A stretch of 64,000 bases of DNA, from positions 5,270,001 through 5,334,000 of the forward strand of contig CM068759.1 in NCBI GenBank assembly GCA_035084275.1, written 5' to 3'. This stretch comes from Hydrolagus colliei. Its lineage: Eukaryota. Both the position numbers and the translations under genes were made by a program. The number at the start of each line of letters is the position of its first letter. Positions within the stretch are counted from its first letter, which is position 1. This document shows positions 26,541-39,900 of the stretch, piece after piece. The notes beneath the pieces are model-generated. The model searched no databases and had not been told where the DNA came from. It was given only the letters and a program-made list of their open reading frames with translations.

Positions 26541-27679
26541 CCCAAGCCGACGTGCAGCTGAATCAGAGCAAACAGGGAGATATAAATAGTGAAGAGATGT
26601 TTATCTACTTTCAGAGTAAATACTCCTCCCACTTGAGTTTGGAGCTGGCTCAGGGCTTGGCAAAAACAGCCTAAGAACTTCTCCCGCATCCCAAGAGAAG
26701 AAAGCTCAGTGCAGCAGCCAGGTAATTCAATACCAACCGCTCATAACCTGGTGTGGGCCCTATAAAGTGAGGAGGTGGTTCATATTTAATTCAGATCACC
26801 CTGACCTGAATGCTGCTGAATGTGATTATAAACACAAATGGGGTTGGCGGGGATTGGTGGGGGAGGTGGCATGCAGGGTGGTAGTGTAAGCATTACATTA
26901 ATATTAATCAGAGACACATAAAAAAAGTTTCATTTTCTTTATGCGAGTTTAGATTAAATGACCGACCAATATGGTTTAGGCTTCCATTAAACCTACTGGT
27001 TACAAACACAATCTTTCTTCTTGCTTTGTGGTGTTTTCTTTATTTTTGATGGTTCGCCTGAGGGTAAATTTTCCAGCACAGCCAGTTGTTTAAATTCGTA
27101 GCCAGCTTTGTGTCTTGTTGCTTTGATCAGTGTAATAGATACTTAAGTGTTCGTTCCCTTTTGTCAGAATCTTTCATTGCCTCATGAGCTATGGGCTGTT
27201 TATAAGAGTTATTTCTTTCCCCTGTATGGTAATCGCAGCCAGTGGAATAAACATGCAAATAAAAATGAACCGAGTGGGTCACCAACAATGTTTGAGCAAA
27301 CCTGAGTAGAAGCTAGTCAAACAAAAAATACCGAATGTTCATTTTCACTGTGGTATTTGTAGTAGATTAAATAACATTTCTTATATTAAGTGATTTAGAG
27401 TTAAACAGCACCCAGCTTCTTCACAGAAGAATCACCTCCTGAAATGGGTTGTATAAAGTGTTCCTTGCATTAATCAATGCACACATATCACCCCCATTTG
27501 TAGTTTAAAGGAATATTACAGAATTGATTGGTACAGGCTGGATGGGATGCTGAAGAATTGCATGTTGGATGCATTACATTCAGTGCCAGATATCAGTAGT
27601 TTTCTGGATCATGTCAACTATGGACAATCTGTGGAAGGGGGAATTATACTGTTCATTGTGAAATCCTGTTGCTGAATGT

Positions 27680-28001
27680 AGCCTCGTAAGCAAGAGACCT
27701 GGGTTTTTTTCCCGGCAGGATGAAATGTTGGACAAGTTTCCTTATTCCACACGCCTCTGTTTATCTAGCAGTAAGTAGGAACCCGATTGTTAGTCGATTG
27801 GCGGATTGCTTTTCCGGGGGTAATAATTCCTTCACAAAACAAATAATAATAATTTGGTCGCATCAATCCACATCTGTTTGTGGAATATTGTTGTGCGCAA
27901 AATATACAGTCAACTCCAATTACAGTATATTCTGTGGAGTGCTTTGAGATGTCTGATAAGGCACTATATCAATTGCAAGGATTATTAATATTGTTATTAT
28001 T
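27680..28001 (+). mobile_element. tRNA-Ala/CORE-like SINE with intact CORE-like block
   Basis: ttggacaagtttccttattccacacgcctctgtttatctagcagtaagtaggaaccc, then the shared 3' half and tail. Confidence 0.8.
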
Positions 28002-29619
28002 ACACTGCACAAGTCCCTTTATACGCACACACTACCAAGCTTTTATAGACATGGGGGCGTGTGCGCTTCCTGCCCTAGACTCATGTTGTCCCATGTGTGC
28101 AATGTGCCCCTACACGTTTTGTTACTGCTCTGCGCAAAAGGACCATTTTTTAACCATTTTGTGGATTGCTTCAACAAACCTTCACCACCGCTCTTAAACG
28201 ATCAGGCCTGTGAGAGCACATGACAACACAATTATGCACTTGGCATAATTGGAGGTGAAATGGATCATTGTGATTGTTTACAAAATGTGCAGAACCTTTA
28301 ATTCTCAAGTGCTTTTGCAATTTTGCACCTGGAGACCTTATTAATAAACTTGTCCTTACTTCATTCGCACAAGATTAGATCCAGCTGCAGCCTTTTTGTT
28401 TTTTTCTCCAAGAGAAATGATTCGGAAATCAACTTTCACCTTTTCTTATGATGAAATTGTTCTTCATCCTCATTGGTATGTAAATATTTCAGAAATGGTC
28501 AGTTGCAGCTGAAGCCTTGCAAAGCACTGTCACTTAATTACAGCAACTTCTTGCATCAATTCATCCCATATGATACTGTGGAGTCCAATTTTCTAACCGG
28601 ATTTCTCAGTAACATCTCCAAGTTGCAAATGTTTTTTGTTACCGGAAATAGGTCATGCCGACTTACGGGAATTCTGTTCCAGAAGGAGATCACAGAAGAT
28701 ATCCTGGGATCTGGCGAGTATTCCTTTCCCATCCATATTCACTGAACATAGTCGTATTCACTATATCCATCTGCTCCATAACATTAAAAATCAATCCAAT
28801 CTATCCATCAAATAGTTCAGGGTGAAGTTTTAAATTTAAAAAATAAAATTACATCAATCGCTCAAATATATTTTCTGTTTCTTACCATATTTGCATGACT
28901 TTAAGCGTCCAAGTGCTTCACTGCTGCTGGGTGTAAAAGCATCATCACAAGCTTCTGAATATAATTGTGGTGGCTAGTCACTATCCTCTACATGTTCACA
29001 TGTATGATGACACAGTGCAGTAAAATCCTGCAAAGGGTTGGAGATGTCCTCCCGACATGAAAGGAGTTGTACCAAATGCAAGTCTTATTACTAGAATTAT
29101 TTATCAATGTCCTCGGTTTATGCAGGAAACAGACGTGAAAATATTGTGAAATTATCAAAATGTAAACATTTAAAGATACAATTTATCATGTCTAATCACT
29201 CTCTAATGATTTTACGACTATATATAGTTATATAAAACACAAAAACTATACTAACACAAAAGGGCTTCATGTACAATGCTTGATGTCCCTCTGACAATCT
29301 CCGTCTACGTACGAGACAACTTTAAAATTGTCTGCAAACAACCTGCACGAATTTCCCATCATATTTAATAGTCCTGCATCCATCAGATATAGTCGCAGTC
29401 TTCAGAAGGTCATTGGAACAGAAAAGCACATGAACACATTCTATGTTTACAGCAGAAGAGTGAGATGTTTGCAGCATCTGTTGTGGTCAGCTTTTGGTTC
29501 AGATCAATTCAGCCTTTGGTTTCGGAAGTCAAGCAATTCATACTTTCCAAATTCTATCTGAGTGTCTTATCAGATGGACCACAATAGTCTTTTTCCAGTC
29601 AAGTGCAGTCCTATATTCT

Positions 29620-29738
29620 TAATAATAATCATAATAATGCTTGCATTTGAGATAGCTCTTTTCACGTCTTCTAAACGTCTCAATGTGCTTCACAGAATAT
29701 ACTGTAAAGTGAATTGATTGTATACTTGTGGGCGAATG
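29620..29738 (-). mobile_element. SINE 3' tail
   Basis: (aat)n ttgcatttgagatagctcttttcacgtcttctaaacgtctca...atactgtaaagtgaattga. Confidence 0.8.
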
Positions 29739-30371
29739 AAAACAAAGGACATTCTCTTTGTCAACGCTTTAAAAAATAAACCCTCTTGGCTGTAATAATT
29801 TTTGTGACGTATGAAATAGACAAGCAAAGTTTACTACAGTATCTAATTGTGGTCTACCCGAACCTATTTCTGATCCTTAATTCTTGCCATAACTAGCGAT
29901 AACTAAGAAAGGAATGCGTTTATGATTGCTCCACTTTCCAGCAGATTCCTGTTCGCACTGAGAGAATGCTATGAATTAAAATGGGAATATTATGGCCATA
30001 TATTAATGCAATTTCTAATATTCAGCATTAGAAATGTACAAAACAAAGGTCATGTTTTGCATGCATTATGTGATGGAAATTCAGTTTGAAAAGAGCAAAG
30101 AACGGTCACTTCTCAGAATGAATAGTGGGCACTTCTGTCCTGATCATTTCTGCTGCTTTCTAATGGGAGGCACGATATTTATTTTGCCGACTGCAAATAC
30201 ATATTTTCTACGCAGCCAGAATGACAGCGGCTAAGCTACATGCAATTACATACCCTTCTGGTTCTGTCGCACTGAACTTTGTAACACCCCTTTGCTCATG
30301 TCCTTTACTTCTGGAGCAAGCTTGTGAAATTCAAAGCACCATGACCATTCTGACCTTATGGAATTTTACAT

Positions 30372-30445
30372 CAAGAAGAAGAAGAAGAAGAAAGTTACAC
30401 TTGGCTCGTGCCTTTCGCATCAGGAGGATGTCCCAAGGCGCTGGA
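30372..30445 (-). mobile_element. SINE/L2 tail with (TTC)n end
   Basis: (aag)n then gcctttcgcatcaggaggatgtcccaaggcgct. Confidence 0.65.
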
Positions 30446-30644
30446 CAGTCATATCAATTCGCAAGACATAATGTTCAGTGTGATTTACTGACAGCTCAGG
30501 TACAATTCTCCACTGTCTGTGCGGTCAGGGTTTTAGTTGTATGATTATTATCTTCTTTGGAATTTTCACACAAACACAATTCACACTGTTGTCGTGTGTG
30601 TGCTCCAGAAACATTCAATGTGCTTCATTCTATGAACGCTGCCA

Positions 30645-31060
30645 CATTCGAGCTGGTTAGCAGGACTTTCATTGCTGAGTCAGATTTCATTTCATTGCTG
30701 AGTGGGTTCAAGCCCTATGTCAGGATCTTAAGCTCTCAATCTAGATTGACACTCCAATGCAGTGCTGGGGGAGGATTGCTGCAGGTGCTGGTAAACTGAG
30801 GTCCTGGCTGTCTGTTAAAGACATTAGAGTTGCCATGACACTGTTTAAAAAGAAAAGGGAGTTTCTCCCGCTGTCCTAGCCAAGAATCCCCCAGATAAAA
30901 GCGATCATTCACTGCATAGCCGTTTGTGAGACATTGCTACGCACAAATTGGCTGATCCATTTGCAAACAAATACACAGTCACTACACTTTCTACCGAATC
31001 TTGTGAAGCATCTGGGGAGTTCGTTCTGATGTGAGAGGTGCTAAATGTATTTGTATTATT
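30645..31060 (+). mobile_element. DeuSINE
   Basis: gggttcaagccc B box; gacactccaatgcagtgctggggg; aaactgaggtcc; gggagtttctcccgctgtcctagcc; tail. Confidence 0.75.
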
Positions 31061-33631
31061 TTTTCTTACACATCACCAAATTGCAAGTTACTACACTGTG
31101 CAACATATGCTATAAAGCACTGAGTGGTACCCACCTGACTTGAATGGCACTATATCAAATGTAAGGATTATTATTATATTGGTGATGCAATATCTTTTTA
31201 AACCATGACCATTTTTACACCATGATGCACAATATAGAAGAGAGTAAGATCACTTCCTCAGGGGCGCATTAGCACAACAGGATTGCTTAAAAACACTGTA
31301 TTTAGCAAATAACGTGATAATGTAGATTTACCTCACTCAGCTTTCGAAGACATGTACTGATTCCGTCACTTGTAAAATTCCTGATTGTGTTTCTCAGAAC
31401 ATTTTTACCTCATGTTAAATATTGTGTCACACTAAATATCCTTATTCACCCACCTCCAGGGTAGATTACACATATATCAATACCTTCCCCTTTCATCGGG
31501 CCTGAATCAAACGCTTTGTGAAGCTGCTTGAACAGAAGGCTTTATTGAAGATCAAATTCCTTCACCGCGATAATTGTTAAAAAAAAACTCCACAGTTCCA
31601 TCCACATTATAAGTGCTCTTGAAAGTGAGCACTGGGAAGTGAACGCTGTTAAATTTGAACTAATGTTTATACCCAAAGATACTAGTCACTGTCACCCCCA
31701 GTGATGATACTGCAAGATGGTATAATTGCACATCATTGTGGTGGACGTACAAAGTGCTTGACCTGTGATTTTTCACAACTCAGTGAACAACAGTCATATT
31801 TACAGCACCATTTGCTGGAGTAGCAGCGCGGCTTCGAACAACCGTCCCCCTTTTCACACAGCTCGAATGACAAACAAATTGTAGGATTCTGCCAATTGAA
31901 GCCTCTATTAAAAAAAAATCCAGAAAAGAAAGTTTGGGTATCATTGTCTAACTTGTATTTCTTCTGTCTCCTGTCAAAAAGAAGAAAAAAAAATGTTCCA
32001 TTGATGATATCCGTGGGTTAAATCTCAGCCATGTTCCTTCCTTTATCTGCTCAACCCATGACATTGTTCACCAGAACAGTTGAAGAAAGGACAGCGGCGT
32101 CACTTTGTGATACTAATTAAGGTGTAGATTTAGAATTGTGAACGCTGGGTTTTAATGAGCGTTTGATCCATTATCTATCACAATTCAAAAAAAAAAGTAT
32201 ATTGTGAGGTCACGTTTACTGCTGTTAGAGACGGAGCAATGTTTTGGACTTTGACCCATTCCAAATCTGGGCTGACATGGCTTTTTTTTAAGGAAAAAGG
32301 AAAACATTATCACGTGTTTCTGGAGACTGATGCGAAAAGAACAGAAGGCAAAAGCTGCAACAAAGCCTCGGTGAAGATATTGTGATCTGTGCCACTGGAA
32401 GTGAATCTCTGAAGGAAGATAAAATTAATGTTCTCTTTTTTCGCTTATTAGAATCCTGCGCTGCCAAGCTTGGGAAAATGTAATGACAATCTAACAATGA
32501 TCCTAATTGTCTTTTTTAAGGGTGAGGGAGGAGGGGGGAAAGGAGTTGGACACAATAGATTTTTGCGCTGTTTGCGGTCCAGATGGAAGGTAAAACTATT
32601 GTCTGTGGAGAGAAAGGTGCCAGATTAGAGATGTGGGGATGGTGAACATTAGCAAGGTTTTGCTTATTTACCTTTGGGGGTTCTGTGAATGTCTCTACAG
32701 AGCTTTCTCCCAGGGATATATTAGGTGGGTTGCAGTCTGTTATAGGGTAGCTCTATATGCTGTGTGGAGGGAGATGGTTGTTTCATTCCACATATTGTAC
32801 CACATAAATCTACCTTCTAATGGACTCCAAACCTCTTGTTCCATTCTCGTGTCATGCTCCTTTATGTCCTTGTTACTCCAGGAATTGAGAATGCATGGCT
32901 GTAAAACAAAATCAAATTTAAATAAGAAATTTTAAATAAAAATTGGTAAAGATGAGAGAAACTCCAATTTTTGTTTTAAATAGAAACCAATGCATTGTAC
33001 TTCCCTGAAATCTTGTAGGGCAGTTATTTTAGCCCCCTGCAATTTTTTTTAATTTTTTTTTGTCGTTCAACGAAATGTCTGCTTCGTGTTTTGGGGAGGT
33101 GGATGACATTCTAACTCTCAATCTGTTTGAAATAAAAGTGCAGATGTTTAATGTTCTTGTAACAGCTGTCAGGCTGACAATTTAAAAGATAATGTCTGAT
33201 TTATGTGGTGTTACAACTTTATTGATGTGATAAAAAGGCTCAGCCAAAATTCTAAATGGCAAATGCTTGCAACATTCATTATGTTTGAAACTTTTACAGA
33301 AAACTACACATACGTCCGGTAAATAACCCTGTTGAGTCAATCCAGCATTAAACTTTGGCATTAGTAACGCTCCTTTTTTTTCCAATCACTAAACAATGAC
33401 TTAAATTTTTTTGGGACCTGGTGCAAAAAAAAACAGGATAATTTTGCTTAAAACAAAAGATTGTTGACATTACAGTAAATCTTGTGAAGTCTTTGGAACA
33501 TCCTCTTGACTTTTGAAAGGCGCAAAGCAAATGTAAGTATTATTATCATTGTTCATAGGTCCAATTGCCCTCAGACTGACTACTTAACAAGCTTTTTTTT
33601 CCATTCTTTAAGTTGAATAGCAGACCCCAGC

Positions 33632-33933
33632 TAATAATAATAATAATAATCCATGCATTTAGTGTAGAGCCTTTTCACGTTAGAAGGATGTCTCAAAGTG
33701 CTTTACAGGAAATACTGTGGGGGAAAAAAAGTAACTATTTGTAGGCAAACGTAACACAATTGTGCACAGTGATGTTCCATAAACAGTCATGAAATGAGTA
33801 ATCAAATTGACTTGGGGAATTGTTGGCCAGGAACTTCCTTCTCTTTTTGAATAGTGCGATCTTTAATGTCCATTGAACAGGCAGATAGGACCTCACTTTC
33901 GCGTCTTATCTTGTTATCTGAAAGATGGCATCT
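33632..33933 (-). mobile_element. DeuSINE 3' portion interrupted by L2
   Basis: Tail, then gatctttaatgtccattgaacaggcagataggacctc...atctgaaagatggcatct (reverse Deu). Confidence 0.8.
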
Positions 33934-34335
33934 ACAACAACAACAACTTTGATTTATATAGCGCCCTCCACGCCGGACGGCGTCTCAGAGAGCTTCACAA
34001 TAACAGATCCCGGAGGCGAGCCAGGGGCAGGGGGAGAAAGGTAACTGAAGGTACGGTTGAAGAGAAAGGTCCTGAGCTGAGACCTGAAACTGGAAAGAGA
34101 GGGGGAAAGGCAAAGGGAGTGAGGAAGGGAGTTCCAGAGTCTTGGGACGTAGTGGCTGAAAGCACGGCCACCGATGGTGGAGCGGAGGATTCGGGGGATG
34201 AGGAGGCCAGACCCGGTGGAGCGAAGGCAACGGGTGCTGGTTTGAGGAGAGAGGAGGTCGGAGAGGCAGGTGGATGCAGAGGAGTGGGTGGGAGCCGGGA
34301 AGGTGGAAGAGATGAGAGCCGTGTGATTAAAGACG
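33934..34335 (-). mobile_element. L2 LINE 3' end (ORF2 C-terminus remnant)
   Basis: ORF 33954-34376 reads LSDLL..TSTRCLRSTGSGLLIPRILRSTIGGRAFSHYVPRLWNSLP..FRSQLRTFLF, typical of the L2 ORF2 C-terminus; (ttg)n tail. Confidence 0.9.
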
Positions 34336-37300
34336 TTGATGAGAGTCAAAGAGTATGGCTTCTGTCTTGTCAACATTCAACTGCAGGAATGTCACCACAT
34401 TCATTCCTACCACAAATGACCAAACTCAGATCAGCAAAGCTTATCTTTTTGAAAATGTCTAGGGCAAGAAACTAATAATAAATGATAATATTGCATTTGT
34501 TATAGCAACTCTGATGTCAAGAAGTTCTTCAGAGGACATTACCATCAAGTGTAATGACTGTGTATTCGGAATTAGAAGTTCCGATATGGGACCCACACAA
34601 TTAACCTAATAAGTTAATTAATCGTGGATTTATAAGGGATAGGTCTTCTTTGGAGAATATCAAGGACAATTCTACAATGTTATAGGAAGGATCTCTGTGA
34701 AACAATTAGATCTGAACCTTGTAAATTAAAGTTTACGATTAAGGAACTGGTCAATGCGGTTCCTAGATAATAATGACATACATCTCGAAGGCTGTGAGGA
34801 CGTGGATTTGCAGTAAGTCAGCTGTGAGGTAAGTTGAAATTTGAGCTGTTAAAAATTATTGGGTTACGGGGGTGGTGGGGGGTGGTGGTGGGTGGGATAT
34901 GCAGTCCTGTTTTGCATTTTCCAATTTGCAGTCTGGTGGGCACTTGTGATTGCATTCGGGGGAAGGAAAGGAGTTGGTAGAGTTTAGCAGGCGTTCAACA
35001 CAGTGTGACTGAAGTCTGGCTGAATGACTGCAGATTGTCTTAGTCGTACCAATGAGACTTCCATTTATGCAAACTCCAGGGCATGATGATTCTACAGCCA
35101 CTGACACTTAAGAGAGTGTGGAAGAGACAAACGAGACAATGCTCAGCTCCATCCAGCCCTTTAATGGTAATTACTGGCTTGTGTCCTTTCAGTACTAACA
35201 CAAGAACAAATTCACCAATACCCAAATGACCTAATGTGAGAATGGATTCCAGCCCATGTTACAGTGGGAGCTGTGTATTACCTGCAACCAACTTTGTAAG
35301 CAGGTATCAATAAGCTCTTAAGAAAAGAATGCTGAAGCAATTATCATTGGCTGTGCTTTTTTTTAAATTAATATATACATACACACAGTATATATGTGTA
35401 TATATACATATATGTATAATTATGAGTAGTGGGAGTTGTCTGACACAGGAAGGTTAAAACTATTTTTAATTCAAAAGCGTGTGTCATTATTTTTTCAATT
35501 TTAAAATTTCAAAAATGCCTTGTGTCTAATCCTGTTAGCTGACTTAAAGCATCTCACCAGCTTGCCTCTGACTGCTTCTTGTTTAGTGACGATATCTACA
35601 GCGGTCACTCAAGCATTTCCTCTGGGAAGAGCCAACAGATGTGATCGAGACAGCCAGGGACCAAAAATCTATAAAGATTTCTCGGTTTACTAATTCCTTC
35701 AGTCTAATGTTTCTTTGTAAATATGTCAGATGGGAATGAAATTGCCTCATAACTCTCAAGATGCGAAGAGCACCACTGCACAAAATTACGTACTTGTCAA
35801 AGCAACCAGAATTTATGTTAGTATTACGGGGCCATGATTTTTAGCAGTGTTATTGCTGGTGAACTTCTTTTGTGGTGGGGTGAGACTAGAACAGCAGCCT
35901 ATGTATTGCAAAAGCTGTAATTTAGCATGGAGGCAGCACTGTTAAATATAGTAGATCTGTCTTAAGTAAGTTTTTTGCAATGCACTTTGGAATGTTCTCA
36001 TTTAAAACTATTGCCCCTTTAACCAGAGACTGTTAAATTGGATTCTATGTGAATTGAAGACCAATTTAAATGACAGCACGCACTCCAGATTAATATCAAA
36101 TGCAAGTTTAGAGGTAAAGCCATATCATATTTTGTCAACACATCAGGTATTAGGTATCCAAACCGCCAATAAGAAATAGCGTTATGTAAATAGGGTTTTA
36201 CTGTTCTCAGTGCAAAATTGATTAAACGGAACAGTGAAACCACAATAATGCTTACCTATATATCAATGTTGAGCTTTATTTTTCATAATTTATTGATATG
36301 TAAACAGAACACTAACATTCACCGATTACAAATTGTTTGAACTAAAATTGCTATTCTCTGACTGAGACTACAATGCAACAACAACAACAACACTTACAAT
36401 AATGACACATAAAGAGGGAGTGAAGAGAAGAGGTTTTGAGGCAGAGAGTTTGGATGTTGCTAAGGATGGTTGTGGTGCATTATGACTAGAGTTATAAAAG
36501 TAGCACTGGTTTTCATCATATTAAATGGTTTGCGGTTACAAAGCTTGGAGACACATTTCTAGTGAGAAACGGAATAAAATATAAACAAGATATTAGATAC
36601 TGTCAATGATTTGAGGTAGAAAAAAACAACTGGCATTTTGACATTAGAACATACACTAGAATGAATCTGTTGGGCTTTTTTTTAAATATTCAATCTCATA
36701 AATCAATTGTCCTTAATCACAAACTATCTACTAACCTATGCAATCTAATCCCTGTGGAACAATGCCAGCTGCCTTTTACGAAAGAATGGAAGGGTTTTTT
36801 TTGGAAAAAAGTACATTTGGTAGCACTACATATTTAGTCATTGGGATTAATTACTGAGGTGCAAGGCTCCTCACCAGTTATACAATTATATGTGTTACTC
36901 ATCTATGCATGTTTTAACCTCAGGACTTCAACCATTTAATATGAGATTTAGTTCCTTCGTGAGGCGGTCCAAATAACTCATGGTTGACGGGCCAATAAGC
37001 ATATGTCTCCTTCACAAATAGGATACCATTTGTTTTTCAGAAGCAAATAGCTGAGGATGGGCATGGAATCGAACACACTGTACGTGTAACCTGCCGGCAC
37101 ACAAAGTTGATTTTTTTTCTAGTTCATTTGTGAACATTCAACTCCCCTGCTTCAGATACTGTTAAGTTTGTGTTGACCAGTCCCTTCAGCTCCCCATCAT
37201 TAATCTCCTGCTGTTGCTGTACTTTGTGGGAGCACAGACAGTTCCTGAAGACAGAGACAATGGTCACAGGATCATAATATGAAGAACGTCCTTTGGTGCA

Positions 37301-37734
37301 TCTGATCTCCTCCCTCCATTAAACCCAAGCCGCCATCTGCCCAGCATAACACTAAATTGATTTTTCAATGTCAAGTAGATAAAGTTATCCTTATTAGTTC
37401 AACATTCAATTTAGTGGCTGTAGATTTTTTCTATTGTCAGTCCATTTGTGGGCATGGGGTTCATATGTGTGTGTATGAATGTGTGTCATGGGTTGGAGGT
37501 GGGGAATGTTAATTTCTCTACCAGTGTGGGCTGTATCATTGATATCCATGTTGGAGAGAGAGGGCTTCACCCAATCCTTATTAATGCAAGAATGTCACAG
37601 TCTGAGGTAGCAAGAGAGCATGAACTGAACAGTGAACAGAATATACCCACTGTCTAATTTGGGGCCTATACTTCTACCAGCATATTCTTTAAGCAGTGAA
37701 CCTTTTATATAGAGACTTTTTGTGGAGCGGAACC

Positions 37735-37925
37735 AAAATAATAATAATAATAATGCTTACATTTCATAGTGCATTACAATGTCTTTGAGGCATCTCAAAA
37801 TGCTTCTAGTGTACAGTATACAGGATATACTGTAAAGTTAATTTACTGTATATTTAGCAGGCAAAAAGTGGCAGCTTATTACGCACAGCAGCATCCCACA
37901 AATAGTCATGGATTAAGTGGCCATT
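37735..37925 (-). mobile_element. SINE 3' half
   Basis: (aat)n...gcatctcaaaatgcttc...gcacagcagcatcccacaaatagtcatggatt. Confidence 0.8.
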
Positions 37926-39479
37926 AAAAAAGTTTTATTACCCCCAGAATGTGATCCGTTAATCAGATTACTGTGGGAAAAAGGTTCACCTTTTACCAGC
38001 CTAGCCTCAACATCTTCCTGGTATCAACTCCTGAGTAGACGGAGGAGTTTCTCTAAGGTCTCCTTATAAGATGATATAATAATAATCTTTACATTTGATA
38101 TAGCACTTTTAATGCCAGTGATGTATTGTTTTATACACACACATATGTATATATCTATCTATATATATCTATATATGTATACACACACCGATATGCCAGA
38201 AGATTTTAGCAGAAGTCATTATCATGTCACAGGAATAGACTGTGTGCTACCCAAAAAGAATGTCAAGAGTGTAATAAAATAAATATTGATGGCAGTTTCC
38301 ACAGTGCAGTATATGGTAAATTATTGCCCTTAAAGATACAGAAGTGACCTTCAATGTCCAATAGTGCCCTCGGTTTTGGCGATTATCCTAAGGTCAATAG
38401 TTTATTGCTACAGCCTGAAAAGAGCAGTCAATATTTGCATAGCAGTTTATAAATCTATTTAGACTTTCAATTATAGTGGGCAATTTGGATCAGATTACAA
38501 GTCTATATCAGTCATAAATTATTGCAATAAAAATACAGCATTGTTCAATACATGGTGAACTGTTGATTTTAATGTCTTCATGCTAGTTGGGAAACCACTT
38601 CAAAGTGCAAACTTCGAATTCAAACTTTACTCTTCATGAATGATGGGCATGAGAAACAAGCCTTTGATTTGTATATTATCCTTGGCATTTCAATAGACAG
38701 TTTCACTTTTACAAGCATATAAAGATTAGGTTTTAATATAATAGCCATTTAAACGTCATTGTCTCCATTTGGGATATTAACCAAGGAAAACACTTGGATT
38801 AATCAAGATTGTTGATTTGTTCTGAATCCACGTCTCCGATATTTTTTAGAAAGTTCCTCCAGTTTAGACATTTACTTAATGCTCTTCATGATTTACTAGA
38901 TTTCAAATAAAATAAATAAATGCATGTCCTGGATTCAAAAGTGCCTAATTTCCAAAGGTTACCATGCAACATACACAGCATTTCTTGCTCCATAAGACAA
39001 GGTGGCTTGGGGTAGTTTTGTAGCCTGGGGGAATGAATTTCTTTCTTCATCTCCAATATGACTTTCTGGCATTTAAACATAATAAAAGTCGATCTACGTG
39101 TCATCAGCTCCCAAATATGTTAATTAACATTTGGAAAAAGTTATTGGAATTTCTAATAATTTGAAATATTGCACTAAAGCAGCAATCTATTATAAAGACT
39201 ATCATTATGCCCTTAATAGCTGCACAGCGACAAGCCTCTTCACTGTGGTGGAAAAAAATGACTCTGTGAAGAGAAAGTGATGCTATAATGCCCCCTCAGC
39301 TCACTCAATGCAATAGCAGCACCAAACCGTTTGTTTTATGCTTGTGTGAATACAGGAGTTACAATGCAATTGAGGAGACTCTGATGTCTAGAGTTTCTGG
39401 ATTTTAACACAAAAATTCATAGCAACTCTCTGTAAACCAGCATTCTGATGCTACTTATTTCCAAACTGCAAATTCAGGT

Positions 39480-39900
39480 TGAAAACGGCAGAAATTTTAG
39501 AACAGCCACTAAGAACTATTATTTGTTTTAAAACACACCTACTGTGGTTAACAACTGGATCAGGTTATCAACGTGTGAGTTACGGCTTGATAGTCCGAAG
39601 GTTCGTTAGTCCGAAGCTTCCCCTAACCGTAACCGTAACCCTAACTCTAACATTTGGACTAATGAACCTTCAGACTATCGCACCAAATGTTCGGATTAAC
39701 AAACCTTATTTTCGGACTATCGAGCGGTAACCACGGTAAACGCCCCGGGTATAGGAAATTTGTGTGTTCGGACTATCGAGCCTTCGGACTATCGAGTGCC
39801 CCCCAACATGTGTTGCTGAGGCCATAACACTGGTCTCATTTAAGAAGCAGATTGGTGTAGTAATGAATGAACTGAAGGATGGACATTCTAGAAGGTTGAG
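39480..39900 (+). mobile_element. CR1 3' fragment hosting the foldback element
   Basis: With the insert removed it reads VVNNWIRLSTCVAEAITLVSFKKQI, like CR1 VVNxWNxLP..VVEA.TL.SFKK.LD. Confidence 0.7.
39578..39804. mobile_element. Non-autonomous foldback DNA transposon (MITE) with 8-9-bp TSD and telomere-like core
   Basis: Inverted arrays of gatagtccgaa / ttcggactatc; core ccctaaccgtaaccgtaaccctaactctaac; flanks caacgtgtg / caacatgtg. Confidence 0.8.

Noticed and set aside
28740-28775. Minus-strand DGYSEYDYVQ* resembling a YDYV motif
   Set aside because: Weak acceptor and no supportable upstream exon
33873-34475. Longest ORF (200 aa, + strand)
   Set aside because: Antisense reading of the L2 3' end, not a gene
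39620-39651. Interstitial telomere as a chromosome-fusion scar
   Set aside because: Only about five degenerate units, inside a TSD-flanked transposon
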